Positions 46,771 through 60,025 of a stretch of 64,000 nt of DNA are shown piece by piece. The position numbers and the translations under genes were made by a program. Position 1 is the stretch's first letter, and every line of letters starts with the position of its first letter. The notes beneath the pieces were generated by a model, which saw nothing but the letters and a program-made list of their open reading frames with translations, ran no database searches and was not told the DNA's origin. This stretch comes from Prorocentrum cordatum. Lineage: Eukaryota. The stretch is from assembly GCA_963575745.1 (NCBI GenBank), contig CAUYUJ010000003.1:248001-312000 (forward strand). Reading direction: 5' to 3'.

Positions 46771-49700
46771 AAAAAAAGGATGACGATTTTGGGAGCTCGA
46801 CGCCCTCACTGCCTGGAGTGCACGAGCTGCGTGGCAGGCGGCGCAGCGCGCTCCAGCAGGGCGACCTGATGGGCCTCTCACAGCCCATCCTCGGCAGAGA
46901 ATGCAAAAGAGCGAGCGCGAGGCTCGCGCGCGGCAGACGCCAGGGCCATCCTGAAGAAGGAAGAGGCGGCCTGGAGAGCCGACTGGCCTTGGCAAGGGCA
47001 GAAAGAAGAGTCCGTCCTCGAGGCAGCGGCCGAACCATCGCTCCGAAGGTCGGCGGGCTCAGAGAACTGGACATTCGCACGGGCGGCCGCGAGCAGGCGT
47101 CGGGCAGCTGCCGCCCGACGCCTGTCGCGAGCTCCCTCCTCCACCGCGCCGGCGAGGGGGGGGGGGTCAACCGAGGGGGCGGGGGCCCCCTCCTCCTCCT
47201 TGGTAGCAAAAGCCCTCGCAGCTAGGCTCTTCGACGCCGAGCCGAAAAGGCCAGTTGCAGCAGACGCGTCGCCCGCCGCGGATTTCCGTCGGGGATTCGG
47301 GTGCTCTCCTTTGTTGTACAAGTCTCTCCGAGCACATTCGGCGCGGCGTGTCTGGGTGGGCAGCCGTTGCGCGACTGACCAATGCCATCAACCCTGGCCC
47401 CAGTAGTGCGAACCCTGCACTTCATGCAAACAAACAGGCGGGACCCATTTGAGCACGGGAAAGCCAAATCTTCGTGGCCAAGACCTAGGAGCACTCCCTC
47501 GTCCAGCTTACTACAACCTGGGCGCGCTCCTGGGGCAGGCAAGTCAACGCCCCTGCTACCAAGCAAACACACTCGGCACCTCCAAAGTCCAGACCATTCA
47601 GCCCAGTCACGGCCAGGCTTGTCATGGGACAGACGGGGAGGGGCGTTGAGCACTCTGGTAGCACTAGTGAGATCTAACCGCGGCCACATCAGCCATATTT
47701 TGACGGCTAGCTTAAAGACAGCCTTAGCAATGGCTACCGTCCTGTCAACAGCTTCCATCTCCTTCCCGTCCGCGGGGTGGAAACTGATGGCATGCTTGGC
47801 GGCAGCGTCCGCGTCATTGCTACATTTGTGATCCAGAAGTTCTCGCTCGCCCAGACCGGATTATTCCATGTCTTGTGCACGCGTTTTCCGACAAGCGATC
47901 GGGGAGAGGGAGATTCGAGTGGTTGACCACATTTAAGCAGTCGCTATAAAGGACGGAATCAGATTTGGCGAGCGTGCCAGCCACGCCTCTAGCTGTGGCT
48001 AGAAATTCACCTGCTTGGGTAGTCTGAGGATACTGAGCCCGGACAGACACACGGCCTTCACCCAACAAAGCACCGGTGTCATCATGCATGGTGATGGCCC
48101 AAACTGCTCTGCTAAGTTCGCTAATAATGTGCCTGTTGCAGGAACCGTCGCGGAACAAGTGGCCCCAGATGCCCCCTTCCCTGGGCTCCTCCGGCCCATG
48201 AGGGCCGGCCAAAACATCCCCGCGCCGAGCAAACTGGGAAGCCCCTTCACGACAGGGCCTGGGGAGGTGATCGGCGGGATGGGCGAAAGCCCCATGACAG
48301 AGAAGGTTGGCCGAGTAGCTTTCCGCCTCAGTGTCCAAAGCTGGGGCGATGACCGAAGCCTCCGCAACCTCGGCTCTCTCATCAGCGCAGCGAGGGCAGA
48401 CCCAGAGCCCATGGTGAAGCGAGCCCTGGCCACCGCAGTGCACACACTCGTCACTAATGACATAACCGCAAGCGATCTCACGGTCGGGCGCCCAGATCGC
48501 ATTGCAGGCGAGGGCTCCAATCATCCCATGTTCACTGGGCGAGAAACCTTTGGAGGCAAGGGCGGCTTCGGGGGCATCGAGGCGCAGCCGAGCTCCAGCA
48601 TCCCATTCCTCCCACCCCAAGTCCCTTTCCATCGAGCGAAGCAGGGCCTCGCGGCAGTGGATGGACAACAACGCAGGGGAGGTGACCCCGGGCTCGATCG
48701 AATCGCCTCTGTCATCAATAATGGTCAGAAAGTCTGGCATATGCCAGCCCAGTCTCAGGAGCGCGAGCCTCGCGGCGCTGATCGGGCCCGGAACCGTGGC
48801 CCACGTGGTATTCTGTCTGGCCCAAACAGCCGCCCACGCATCTCTGAGCTCGGCCAAGGAAAGCGAGCTCGCGAAAAAAAACCTTGCCTGCGCCAACCCT
48901 CCTTGCCCCAGCGCAGCACGGGGGCCGTGGCCGCGCGCCGCGTCGGGTCCGAAGATAAAATGCAGCAGGCAGTTCAACTCCAGGACTGGGCGCAGGGGCG
49001 GACTTGGGCGAAAGCGGTCCTCCGCGTCAACAGTAAGCCGTGATCGCTGACTCCAATGATTTCCGAAACGTAGCCGGCGCCGGCGAGAGGGCCGGCCGAA
49101 CAAAACTCGAAGCGCTTTCCTGCCAAGAGCCCCAGGCAATTTTTTGAGACGCTCGGCACGTCTGCACATCGTGGCCATGCGCCCCTTGATTTTGCCCCCT
49201 CGCCCCTTGCCCCGGAACGATTTGCCAGCAGTGAAATCGACGCCGAGATTGACGGTGGAGCCCGCCACTCGGCCCGCCAGACGCCTTGCCTCTTGGCCAC
49301 AGCGGCAGCAATATCGTGATCAGAGGCAACGGTGCAAACTGCGTCGAGCGCACCGCTGCAGCCCATCACGCTGGCGATGGCGGAGCGCAGAGCCGCGGAA
49401 CCATAGACAATGGCAGACATCAGTTTAGCTTTTGGCCCAGTGGTCGGCAACCCACCGTCGTCAATGTAGGTGTCCAGCAGATCGGTCCGAGGGCCCAAGG
49501 GGATGGAGTCGAAATCATATAACCCAAACGCCCTGATGAAGGTGGTGGCGAAGCTGCGCCCCGCCACCGCCCCATCGAATCACATGATACGGCCCCGCGA
49601 GCAACCCTCCCAGGAATAAGAACCGACCACACCTGAAGGCGAGAATGCGCACTCTCGCGATGGCCATGGGGAAGTTGCGCCGCCTACATTTCGCCTCCAA

Positions 49701-52700
49701 CACACGCGAGTCGATGGTCTCATCATACTTGAGAATGCAATTTTTTGTTCAAGCAACTACATGAAGACTGCCGTGCGCAGCTCTGACTCCTTGCCTCCGC
49801 GCAACATCCGCCGCTCCCCTATGCTCGCCAGCGGCCCAGTACCGACGGGGGCGTTGCTGCTCCCAGTGCAAGGCGCGGGGGCGGCGGCACCGCCCCCATG
49901 CCCTGCGCCAAGAGCAGAGCGCCCCTATCGGACTGCAACCGCCAGTGGGCTTAGGGGGCAGCGCGAGCAATGCAGAAGAGATCTGCTCAGGCAACTGACC
50001 TAAACCCTCCAGTATTTTGAAAACTGACGGCTAAAGTGTCCAGACCGTCGTCGCACAAATACTGGGAGTGTCTGCGATTGAAACAACCAAATGACAAACC
50101 AGTTCCCCTTCTGTATTTCTTGGACACCTTGCGAATATCTTCGGCGCTGAGTCTGGGGGGGGGGGAGTTGCGCCAGGGTAGAGGGGCCCCGGTCCGCGCC
50201 CGGGCCATGCCCCCAGAGGCCGAGAATTGGATGCCTTCCGTAGCTAAAGGCGCCAAGAGATCTGACGCGATCTCTCCATCGGCGGACAGCGTGGCGGAAG
50301 CTGTCCACGGCGACGGCCCCCGAGTGCAGGCGTGGGCGCGTTTGGCGCCAACATCGATGCCTTCGCGAACTCAAGCCTGCCAACTCCTGTGAGACTCGTT
50401 AGCCGAACCTTCCCGAGCACCCCCCGAGGCCTCGTCAAGCCTCCCACGCAGATGTGACCCCATCGAATGTTGGAGTCTCGCTGGCGAAGCGGCAAGAGCA
50501 GCAACTTCGACAAAAAGCGGGCGAAGATGCTCAGGCAAAGTGGCAGTGGCTGGGGGGGGGGCACAGAGCAGAGCAGCAATGAAGAATTGGTGGCCTGCTC
50601 TCCTTCACCTTGCTTCGAATCCAAAAGCGCAACTAGAGCGCGAACTTGGGCGCTGGGCCACCGCGCAGCGCGGTGGGCGGGGCCCCTGATCTGGTGGCCC
50701 CTGCCCAAGAGGTTCTTCCAGACGAGCTGCGGGCCGTTGGGCCCCGAACCAAGGGCTTGGAGCTCGGCGCCCAACGCAGGAACAAGCTCGATTTCGGCCT
50801 TGCCAGCCCACGCAGCATAACAGGGTGCGAGCAGTGACGGTGCCCCCTCGGCGTTCCCACTAGGGGCGCAACGGGGGGGCCTGGTCAGCAAGCGCTCGCG
50901 CGCGAGACCAATCTGGCGGCTGCGGCCGAGGACCGAAGACAGCAGGCGGTGGCATCGGGGGGGGGGGGGGGGGGGGCGTGCGACAACTCAAACACGTAAG
51001 CCTCGTGGGCGAAGGATGCAAGACCACTCGGACCGGGCGATGCGGACTCAGGGTGGTGTTGTGTAGCGTCTCGCAGCTTTCGGCGGCCTTGCCGGGGCCC
51101 CCCGAAAACGCAAACTGGCCCAGAGCCTCGGGGGGCCCTTCCCCGAAGTGCGTGTGCCCAGGAGGGGCGACGTGCATGCCCATCAGCCGCTGAATACATT
51201 TCGAATCACTAACCTCCAGAGGGGGCACGTTGAAATCGGCACCAACGCAGAAGGGAAGGCAACAGGAATACATGCGCCCACCTATGGTAGCAAGGATTTC
51301 GATGTTTCTCGCACTCAACTTTTCAGCATGGTGGAGGTAGGGGGAGCAGGCAACAAACTGAAGACCTCTAGGCAGATGGGCGATGCCTGCCACGGCTCTG
51401 CAGCGAACAATCTCCGCCCCCCCACGGGGCCCATGTAGGCTCAGAGAACCCTGGCGAGGATGCGCGCGCCGGCATAGGTTGATCCAGCTACGGTGTTCGC
51501 CGCAGGAGAAAGAGACTCTTCCAGCCATGCCGAGCACGCCGCGCCGAAGCTTGAACAATCTCCCCGCCCTCACGCAGACGATGCTCCTGACGCAATATCT
51601 CATGAGCTGGCGTCTTGGCCAACGACTGTTGCATGGTGGTCCACGTGTTGCAATTGACCGGATGAATACAGAGCTCAAACGAGTCCAAGTGAACCTGGCC
51701 AGGACTATCGGGGCCCTGAGGGGTGTCAGAGGAGACTCCGCAGACCAAGGGATGCCTAGGGCCACTGATGTACTCGACGGGGCTGCACGACTCAAGACTG
51801 GTAGCTGCAGGGCAGCAGCTGCAGGGCTGAGGAAACCCCACAGACATATCGGGAACCATGGGCAAGCTGCGAGCAAAGGACGCAATGCCAGAAGCCCCTG
51901 ACGCAATGATGCGTCTGGCTCTCTACAGAGTGCGTTTGACAGCTCCTCGAAGCGTGGCTTTGCCGCGCTCGAAGAAGGCCGGGCGATGACTATGCGTGGG
52001 GGGTGGGGGGGGTGGGGGGCAGCGGGGGACCCGACAGGCTGTCGGATCACCAACGTCTCTCTTGAAACCGCTGCCGACTTGATCGCAATCGCTATCGGCG
52101 AGGCGGAGCGCAACCCACGGCGGGGCCACTCCCGGGACATCAGGACAGAAACAGACATCTAAAACCCACTGACGAGATGCGATGGCCCACGGCTGCTCGG
52201 CGCTACCTTCACAGCGCGACGTCTAAACTGCCGGCAGAAGTGCGCCACCCAAACGAGCCAGGCCAGTCCACGCAGCAGCCCCCGCTGGCAACCGCCCTGT
52301 CGCCGTAGAAGAAGGCCTGGCCGAATTCCTCCTCGACGCACCCCTTGAAGATGTCGTTTTCTCGCACTCCCCCCTGCAACAGCGCGGGCGGCTGAAGCAG
52401 GGGGATGCGCTTGTTCAAAGATGATCTTGGCTGCTCGCGCACGCAGATCGGCTGAAGCTGCAGGGTCAGCAGGATCGCCGCCGCCAGCGCCAGCAGGGGC
52501 GGGAGGCTGGGGCGCCGCTGCCCCGCCCCCCGAGGAACAGCCGGCCGCGCCGACCGTGGGATCTGCGCCGCCCTCAGCGGCAGGAGCGGCGCCGTTCTCT
52601 CCGCCGGCCTGCGGGGGCCGCTGAGCCTGAGGGTCGGCGACCTTCCGCTTCTTGCCGAGGCGCTGCGCGTGAGCCTTGTGCGCCTCCTCGATCTCGTTGG

Positions 52701-53799
52701 CTTCCTCGACGGCCTTCGAGAAAAAATGTGCGCCGACTCCTGAATCCCATCGCGAAGCTGCTGGGCCCTCTTGTCCAGCTGCTCTTGATCCCCCGTCGAA
52801 AATTCACACTCATCTGTCGAACCAAAAATCACAACAGGATCAATAACCAACTGCTCGGCGAAGGAGCGGTCCAAAATCGAAGAGAGAATGCGCCGAGTAA
52901 GCTGCTCCTCGGACTCCTTGTTGGTGGACTGGTGGAGCTGGGCCGCCAGCTTGCTGTGCGACTTCGCACGCTGGCCCAACTCCTCCGTGACCTGCGTGAC
53001 CAGAGCCCGCTGCTGCACCATGTGAAGGTTCCACTCCTCGCGCCTCTGGGCGGCGCCGTTGAGCCTCTTCTCAACTGCACGCGCCTTGGAGTGAACCGCG
53101 GAGACCTGGTGCTGCAGAGTCGGCTCCTTGGTGGCAGGCGGCGGAGCAGCCGGGGCGCGGTGCCTGGCCGCTCCCTGAGCGTCTCCGGCTTTGCTCAGCA
53201 GGTCGGTCAGCCTCTCATGCCCCCCCCGAGACAGCTCGCTGGCGGCGCCCGAGGGAGGGGGCGCGCCAGTCTGCAAACCTCCTGAGGCGCCGAACTGCCC
53301 GGGCGGAGGCTGCAGGTTCGCCGCGGCGAAAGGGGGGAAACACCGCGTCCGCTATGCGACCCCCGTGCGCCGCTGGGGGGCCTGCTGCCGCCGCCTGTTT
53401 GAAATTTGTGTCCAACTGGTGCCGCAGCGTCTGCACTGATTCCAGCGCGCGTCGTTCTTCTTGCAGCCACAGGCCGAACAGGTCCAGGAAGCCCACTGCG
53501 CGCCGAGCCGATGCCCACCTTGGCCTCCTGGATGAGAGTACTGTGGGCCAGGGAAGAGCGGGCGCCACGGGCGGCGCGACTGCCCGCCCTTTCCGCCAGG
53601 ACCGGCAGGCGTAGCAGGAGGGCCCGTGCCACCCTTGGCTCCTCTGCCCCTGCCATGGCCCTTTTTCCCCGTGGGAAGCGCCATGACTTGCTCGTAGTGA
53701 ATGGAAGGGGAAAGCCCTCAACCGTAGAAAATTTACTCGATGGCGCGATGTGCCGCTTTGAGGAAGCGCCTGCGACGCTGCTCGAGCGCAAAACTGCTA
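46771..53799 (-). mobile_element. LINE-B: decayed full-length non-LTR retrotransposon (ORF1 with RanBP2-type zinc finger; ORF2 with APE, RT, Cys/His knuckle and RNase H)
   Basis: Frameshifted motifs: WTCSACGCKKNDARWNQCRRC, VGADFNVPP, LSPHRPV, PKPTGGCSPIG, TYIDD, NLGVDF, CVHCGGQGSLHHGLWVC, FRDGSC...QAGEFLA...LYSDCLNVV. Candidate 9-bp TSD gcagaggag at 46762-46770 and 53800-53808. Confidence 0.88.
53781..53799 (-). other. Possible highly degenerate spliced-leader relic at the 5' junction of LINE-B
   Basis: Minus strand tagcagttttgcgctcgag versus DinoSL tagccattttggctcaag; sits directly against the candidate TSD. Confidence 0.45.
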
Positions 53800-53855
53800 G
53801 CAGAGGAGGCGGGGGCGGATGAAGGGGGGGGGGGGAAGGGGGAAGGGGGGGGGAG

Positions 53856-53930
53856 GTGTGTGTATGTGTGTGTGTGTGTGTGTGCGTGTGTGCGTGTGTG
53901 CGTGTGTGCGTGTGTGCGTGTGTGCGCGCG
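53856..53930. repeat. (GT)n/(GTGTGC)n microsatellite
   Basis: Directly visible. Confidence 0.95.
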
Positions 53931-54030
53931 NNNNNNNNNNNNNNNNNNNNNNNNNNNNNNNNNNNNNNNNNNNNNNNNNNNNNNNNNNNNNNNNNNNNNN
54001 NNNNNNNNNNNNNNNNNNNNNNNNNNNNNN
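53931..54030. other. Assembly gap (100 N)
   Basis: Run of N; true length unknown. Confidence 1.
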
Positions 54031-57000
54031 AAGAGCGCGCGTACCTCGTGGAAGAGTTCACGCGCTTATAACGACAGGGCTGCCCACGCGGCCGCCCGCG
54101 CCTGCTTGACCTGTGCGCGGGTGGCAGGGGCGAGGCGCTGGGGGATGGGCTTCAGTTTGTGGTTGATGGCGAAAGCGAGCGCGAAGGTTTGTCGGGGTCG
54201 CAGCCGCCCGGCTTCCAACGCGCCATAGTCAGACCCACCCCTGGGCCCGAGCGGGCCCAGGGGCGCGCGGGGGGAAATGACGATTGGGGCGCAGCCGCGG
54301 CCCAAAAACATGGCACAATCTGAAGTGTGGAATGTCGTCAAAGGAATTGCGGCCTAGCCTACACTTCGCTTGGACGAGAACCTTCGCTCTGCCTCTCGTT
54401 GCCCATGCGGGAGTGCCGCCAGGAACGCGCTGGATCTGCAGGCGTGACGAATGCTGAATCCGAAGCCTCGGTGGCTCGTGTCTAGCTGCAGCCATCGCCG
54501 CCGCTCTCGGCGTCGGCGTGAACCTTGGGAGGGACAAGACGGGGGAAGGGGAGAGAAAGGAAAGCGGGCCAGGATCAGAGGAGGGCGGGGGGGGGGGGGG
54601 GAGGGAGGCACGCCTCTGAGCGATGCTGGGCGAGACTTTCCAGCGCGGCGAGCGCCGCCGCCCTGCCGGCGCACGCCGCAGAGGTCCATCGCTTACAGCG
54701 CGATCCTAGATGCGGCCGAGGACAGTGCTCCAGCGTCGATGCGCATGGCCTGCAGCGCGCAGCAAGCACGAAGGACCCATCATCTTCACGGGCCCGGGTG
54801 CGCGGAGCCAGCGAAGACAGCGAAGCTCGGCGAGAGCAAATGATGATGGCGGCGGCCTCAAGAGCTCGTGCAACGCATGCGCTTCTTCACTGAGGATGCG
54901 AGAGGAGAGGAGAAAGAACTGGGCAACGCACGACAGGCATGGGAGGATGAGCATACGATAGAGACGGACACTAGCGTCGGTGGGGGCGCGCGCGCCTGCC
55001 GCCAACCGGCACCGAGACCGCTATTCCTGGCCTCCAGATTCGAGTTGATGTTTTAGGTCAGCCTTTGGGCTGATTTGGATGCTTCGATATTGGTGGTGGG
55101 GGGGCCAGGAGCCGCGGCGGCCCGAAGCTGGTCAATCTCCGCGCCAGCGAGAACCTTCCAGGTCGGGGCCAGACGATACTTCTCAGGCTGCAGATCAAGG
55201 CAGGCAAGGTGGGAGGCCGATTCGACAGGAGGATGGAAGAGGGGCAGGAGGGGGAGAAGTCGGGGAGGGAAGCCCCCGCATCGTCGGCACACGCGCCAGC
55301 GGTGAGGAGACGGGGAGGGGAGGAGACCACTCGCTCCAGCCGCTCCTCTCGGGAGCCCTGAGGCGGCGGGGAAAGCGCTAGCTGGCAAGATCCCCGGGCG
55401 CAGGTAGCAGCAAGGCGGCGACGTATCGGGCCCGCCCCCAGGGCCCCGAAAGTTCCACTCAGCGGGCAGCTCTGGGGGACCCCGCTGGAAATATCAAAGA
55501 GCAGATGCCTCTCAGAGTCATCTTTGTGGAATCCCGCAGCATCTGATCCCAGGTCCGAAATCTCGTGTAGATTGCCTCGGGGCATGTTTCATCTTCGCAA
55601 GACAGCCTGGAGCCACTGCTGAGACATACTAGGAAAGACAGCGCGTATATCATATGATATGATGCACAGGCGACGAGCAGCAGCATCATTCCCTATGCTG
55701 CTACGGCGGGCCTCGGCATCTACATTTATGATGTGCGACCCGAAGTTTCGGCCGTTGATGAATCCTTGCTGAAGTTCGTGAACATGCTGCTTTGCTGCTC
55801 TAGCTAGGTGTGAGTTGGCGGTCTGGGCAAAGGCTCACCTGCCGGCATGCCTTAAACTGAGAGGACGGAGGCAGCTGGCATCCCCCGCGCATTCAGTGAG
55901 ATAGTGAGGGTCTTCACTTTTGGGGACGAAGGCAAAGTTGGAATGGTTTAAACCTTGGACAGGGCCCACCCCCGAGAAAATCCGCAACAACACCTCATGT
56001 AGCTCATCTGTGGCAGCTGGAACGGCCCCCCACGCTGCGCGGGGGAGACGGCCGGGGCAAGGGGAGGAGGCCCTCCGGCGTTTTAATGCTCTGGCGAGAT
56101 CTGCCGGGGAGGGGAGGTGTGGTCGTTCGGAGGAATTAACGGCAGGTGGGTGACGAAATATTCAGACATCGCAACCTCAGAACTAGTGGCCTCGGCGAAG
56201 ATCGGCCGCTAGTGCCGTTTGAGGATGTGGGCCATGGGCGACGGGTCGCGCTCGACAGCGATGGGGCCGCCCTGCGCGTGCTTCAGGCCACTGAGCAAAA
56301 GACGCCGCCAACCGGGATTCCACGCCAATGCTTGCCACGTTGAAGTCTGCTGGATTTCCATGTGCTCCGGCACCTTAGTTGGTGAATCGTTGCCTCGGGC
56401 AGCCCGCGGACGGCGACCTGCGGCTGCAGCAGCCAGCTGCGCCACCTCATCGAACCGCTGCTGGTTGGCGAGCATCACCAGGTCGCGGCACTCGGCGGAG
56501 TCAGCGAAGTAGACCAGGCTGTCGTCGCCGACCCGCAGATATTGTTCGGCGAAGACAGGGCTGCCTCGAAGCCGATGAGCAAGCCGCGCGTCTTGGAGCC
56601 AGACCGCCCGAGCGATGGCCCGAAGCGTCACGCATGCGAGCTCCGCCGCCCCATTGCCGGCAGGCGGCATTCCTGCATCTCATCGCGGGCGATAGCAGCA
56701 GCTATGTGCATCAACTCGCCCAAGCGCGCCCACTTGCCACCGGCGTCGCATTCGCGGCGCCCGTCGGCGTCGATGCAGCGCTGGAGCACCTCGCGGAACC
56801 TCGGCAGCTTGAAGATGACGGCAAGGATCGGGCACGCGTCATGGCTTTGCGGCTTCGTCGGCGCCAGCTTCATCCTGATGATCGCATGGTCCGAGAGGGC
56901 CCGGTCAGAGAGCCGCGGGGCCTTCTGCGCCGCGTCGAGAGTTGTGTCGCAGTCAGTGATGAAGTGCGACCTCAGGGAGATGAAGACACGGTCGATGGTG

Positions 57001-59224
57001 CTGAGCGTCTCGGTGTTGCGGTTGTAGTGCGTCGGTAGTGGGCCTCCCAATTCAAACATCCCGCGCGCGAGCAGGTCGCGCCAAAAATGGTTCAGCCTGA
57101 GACGCCCTGCCATCCTGTCATCGCCGAGCCTGCCGCCGTTGAGGAAACATAAGGGATGGGTTGACAGCGTCGCTCGCATTGCGGTCGCAAGCAGCAAAAA
57201 AAGGGGCAAGTTCGTCTTGCCTCGCCCAGGGGACATTTTGAACCCATCGCTGACGCGTGGACTGCCGTTGAGAGCGAGAGACGCCGTAGTTGTGGACATT
57301 CAAGTATCGCACCTCCTTGTGAGTCGTGGGGTTTCGAACAGACACGCGTTGAATGCGACCAGGAACAGGAGCATGGTGCGCGAAGACAGGTTCATGTCCA
57401 GGCTGAAGTTGCTGGGCGATGTCTTCTGCGTGCCAGGCGAAAATGATAGCGGGGCCGCCCTCGCTGGAGCGGCTGTCATTCTCGACAGATTCCTCGGGGC
57501 AGCCAGAGTAGAACAATTTAACTGGTTCAGAAGCGTTGAGAAAGTGCGCTCATTGCCGCGCGTCCCCTACAGCAATATGACATGCCGAGAGTAGAGTAAG
57601 CGCTTGATCTGGAGAAACTAATGCAGGCGAATTTGGCGATTTAAACATCAAAGACCACGTGCGCTCCAACAAGCAACTCCAAGCTCGTGAGAATCTCCTC
57701 AATTTCCTTGGCAGCCGCCGTTTGCTAGGACAACGCCCATGCTGAAGTGCCCGCGCCCTGGAACTGTTGCTTGCCATTCCCCGCGGACGACTGGGCGTCG
57801 ATGCCGCGCTGCGCCGGCCCTTTAAGAGACCATGCGAGCTTGGTGGCTTCATTGGCGCCCTGGGGCTGAACTTCGGCGATGGGAACTGCGTCGGCGCGGA
57901 TAAGACCTCGAGCCCGCAGGGGTCGCCAATCGCGTAATCTGCGCGTGCCCGCTGAAGAATGCCCAACGGCCTCTTGCCCTGCAATTCGCGTCGAACTTGC
58001 TTTGGGGATTAGTCGGGGCTGGCATGGAGAGCGCCAGCGGCGCCGCTGACAGCTAGCGCCGCGAGGCGCATCCAGGCGCCGCCAGGGTGCTATAGGTGTT
58101 GCGCCAGCCGAACAGCCCGAGCAACACCAGGAGCGCCCCCGCGAAGATGCAGGTAGAACACCTTGCCAGGCGACTGGCCGCGGAAACAAAATTGGTCCGC
58201 TTACAAGCCCGCGCCCTGGATCCACTGCGCAAAAGCCGCTCATGATCTCCGTGTCGGCCGTCGGGCGGGCGCAGCCGATCCTGGAGATGCAGGGGTCGGG
58301 GGGTCTGTCGCGCGCGGCGAGCCGCGCGAGGTCCACGGCCCCGGCCTCGGCATCGCGAGTTTGGGCCAGCGAGCGCTGCGCCGCATGCATGCCGGGGCGA
58401 AGAGCGCCCTGCCGAGCCTCCATAGCAGCGGCGCGCTCCTGCAGCTGGCGAACCTCAGAGCCGCGAGTGTCCAGCCGGGCAGCCTGAGGCCGCAGGGGGC
58501 CCACCGCCGCGTCCCGCGCGTCGTTGCGCGCCTGGCCCATGATCGAGTTGACCCCAATGCGGACTCAAGCCGTCTGCTGCGTGAAGGCGGCAGCGACAGC
58601 GGCCACGATGAAGACAGCTGGCGACGCCGCGCCAGCGCCAGGGGCGGCAGCTGCAGGGCCCGCAGCGGCGCTCCAAGCGGCGGGCCAAGGATCAGTCAGC
58701 ACGGCCTTGGAGTGGGTCAGCAACGCGAGGTTCGCCCAGTTCGCCGTCGGGGAAGGTCGCCGCGAGCTCGGTGTGACGAGTCATGGCTGGCGCGAGAAAT
58801 GGATGCGCCTCCGCAGCGCCAGGGCCACGGTGGCCGCCGCGAGCATCAGAAGGAACGCTTGCACCGCGGCGCTGAGCTGGGAGTGGGGCGCGGCCACCAC
58901 GCCGAGAGCTCCCGCTGCAGGAACGCGACGATGAAACATCCGGATCTTGGCGACGACGGCGGCGCTGATCCTTTTTGCGGCGGCGGCGCGCAAGGCGGCC
59001 CCGAGCGGGGGGGGCCCTGCTGCTCCTGGAGGGGCCAGAGGCCCCATCGCTCGGCGCGTGCCGCGGGCGCCACAAACAAATGTGTAGGTAGTGGCGGCGT
59101 CGGAAGAGCGGCGCCTGCAGCCTCTGCGCGGGTCGCCGCATGCGCTCGCCGCGATCGCGAGAAACAAAAAGCCGCCGCGGGGCAGCTCGCCTCGAGCCAG
59201 CCCCTTGAGCCAAAATGGCCATGG
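54031..59224 (-). mobile_element. LINE-C: decayed relative of LINE-A with a 5' SL relic; 3' end lost in the gap
   Basis: Fragments matching LINE-A by eye: RDRPPDPCISRI (ORF1), GRIQRVSV..LNVHNYG, TIDRVF..LSDHAII, AIARAVWLQDA, SGVPQSCPLSG, ACADDAG, LPCLSCVAQF, CRLGRNSFDDIPHFRLC. Many frameshifts. Confidence 0.88.
59204..59224 (-). other. Spliced-leader relic (19/21 match) at the 5' end of LINE-C
   Basis: Minus strand ccatggccattttggctcaag; followed by gggctggctcgag, a possible second relic. Confidence 0.9.
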
Positions 59225-59230
59225 AAGAAT

Positions 59231-59261
<31 letters not shown>

Positions 59262-59514
59262 GAGGAGGGGGGGGATGAGGACAAGCTAGGTGCGCTCGCG
59301 TCATATCTGACATCCTACCCCCCCCCCCCCCATCCCTTACCATGGCGAAGACCCCCTCTCTCTCTCTAATCGCTCAGTCGGATGTCGAGCAGGGCAATGA
59401 TCCCGAAAGGGTACGCGACGCATTGTAGAGCGCGGCATGGCATGGCGTTGAAGAGCACCGAAAAGCGCAGTAGCAACCTAGCATTGCATTGAGTGCCGTG
59501 GCGTGGCGCGGAAA

Positions 59515-59705
59515 ATGACGCCAACGCTGCAGCGGGAGCGCGAGTCGAAACGGGCGGAAGCGCGGAAATTATGCCAGCGCTGCCGCGGGAGCACGATTCG
59601 GAACGAGCGGAAACGCGGAAATGAAGCCAGCGCTGCAGCGGGAGCACGATTCGGAACGACGGGGCCCGAAAATGAGGCCGGCGCGTCAACGGGAGCAGCG
59701 CGTTG
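59515..59705. repeat. ~53-bp degenerate tandem repeat (gccagcgctgcagcgggagcacgattcggaacga)
   Basis: Copies near 59520, 59572 and 59626. Confidence 0.75.
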
Positions 59706-60025
59706 AAAATAATGCATGCGAAAACCCAACTCCGGGGAAACCTGCGTGTAAAAAAACAATGCGCGGGGGGGGGGTCGGCCATTTTCAAGCTGTCATCAGG
59801 GGAAAAGGGGAAGTAGTATTCATATTGGTATTGGGTAATTATAAAAGAGGAAGAGGCGGAGGGGGGGTGAGGAGCGGGGGGGGGGGGGGAGGAGGGAGGG
59901 AAAGGGCGGGGTGGGTGGGGGTGGGGGGGGGGGTGGGGGGGGGGCGCAGGGGGAGGAGAAGGAGGAGGAGGAGGAGGGGGAGGAGGAGGAGGGGAGGAGG
60001 AGGAGGAGGAGGAGGAGGAGGGGGA

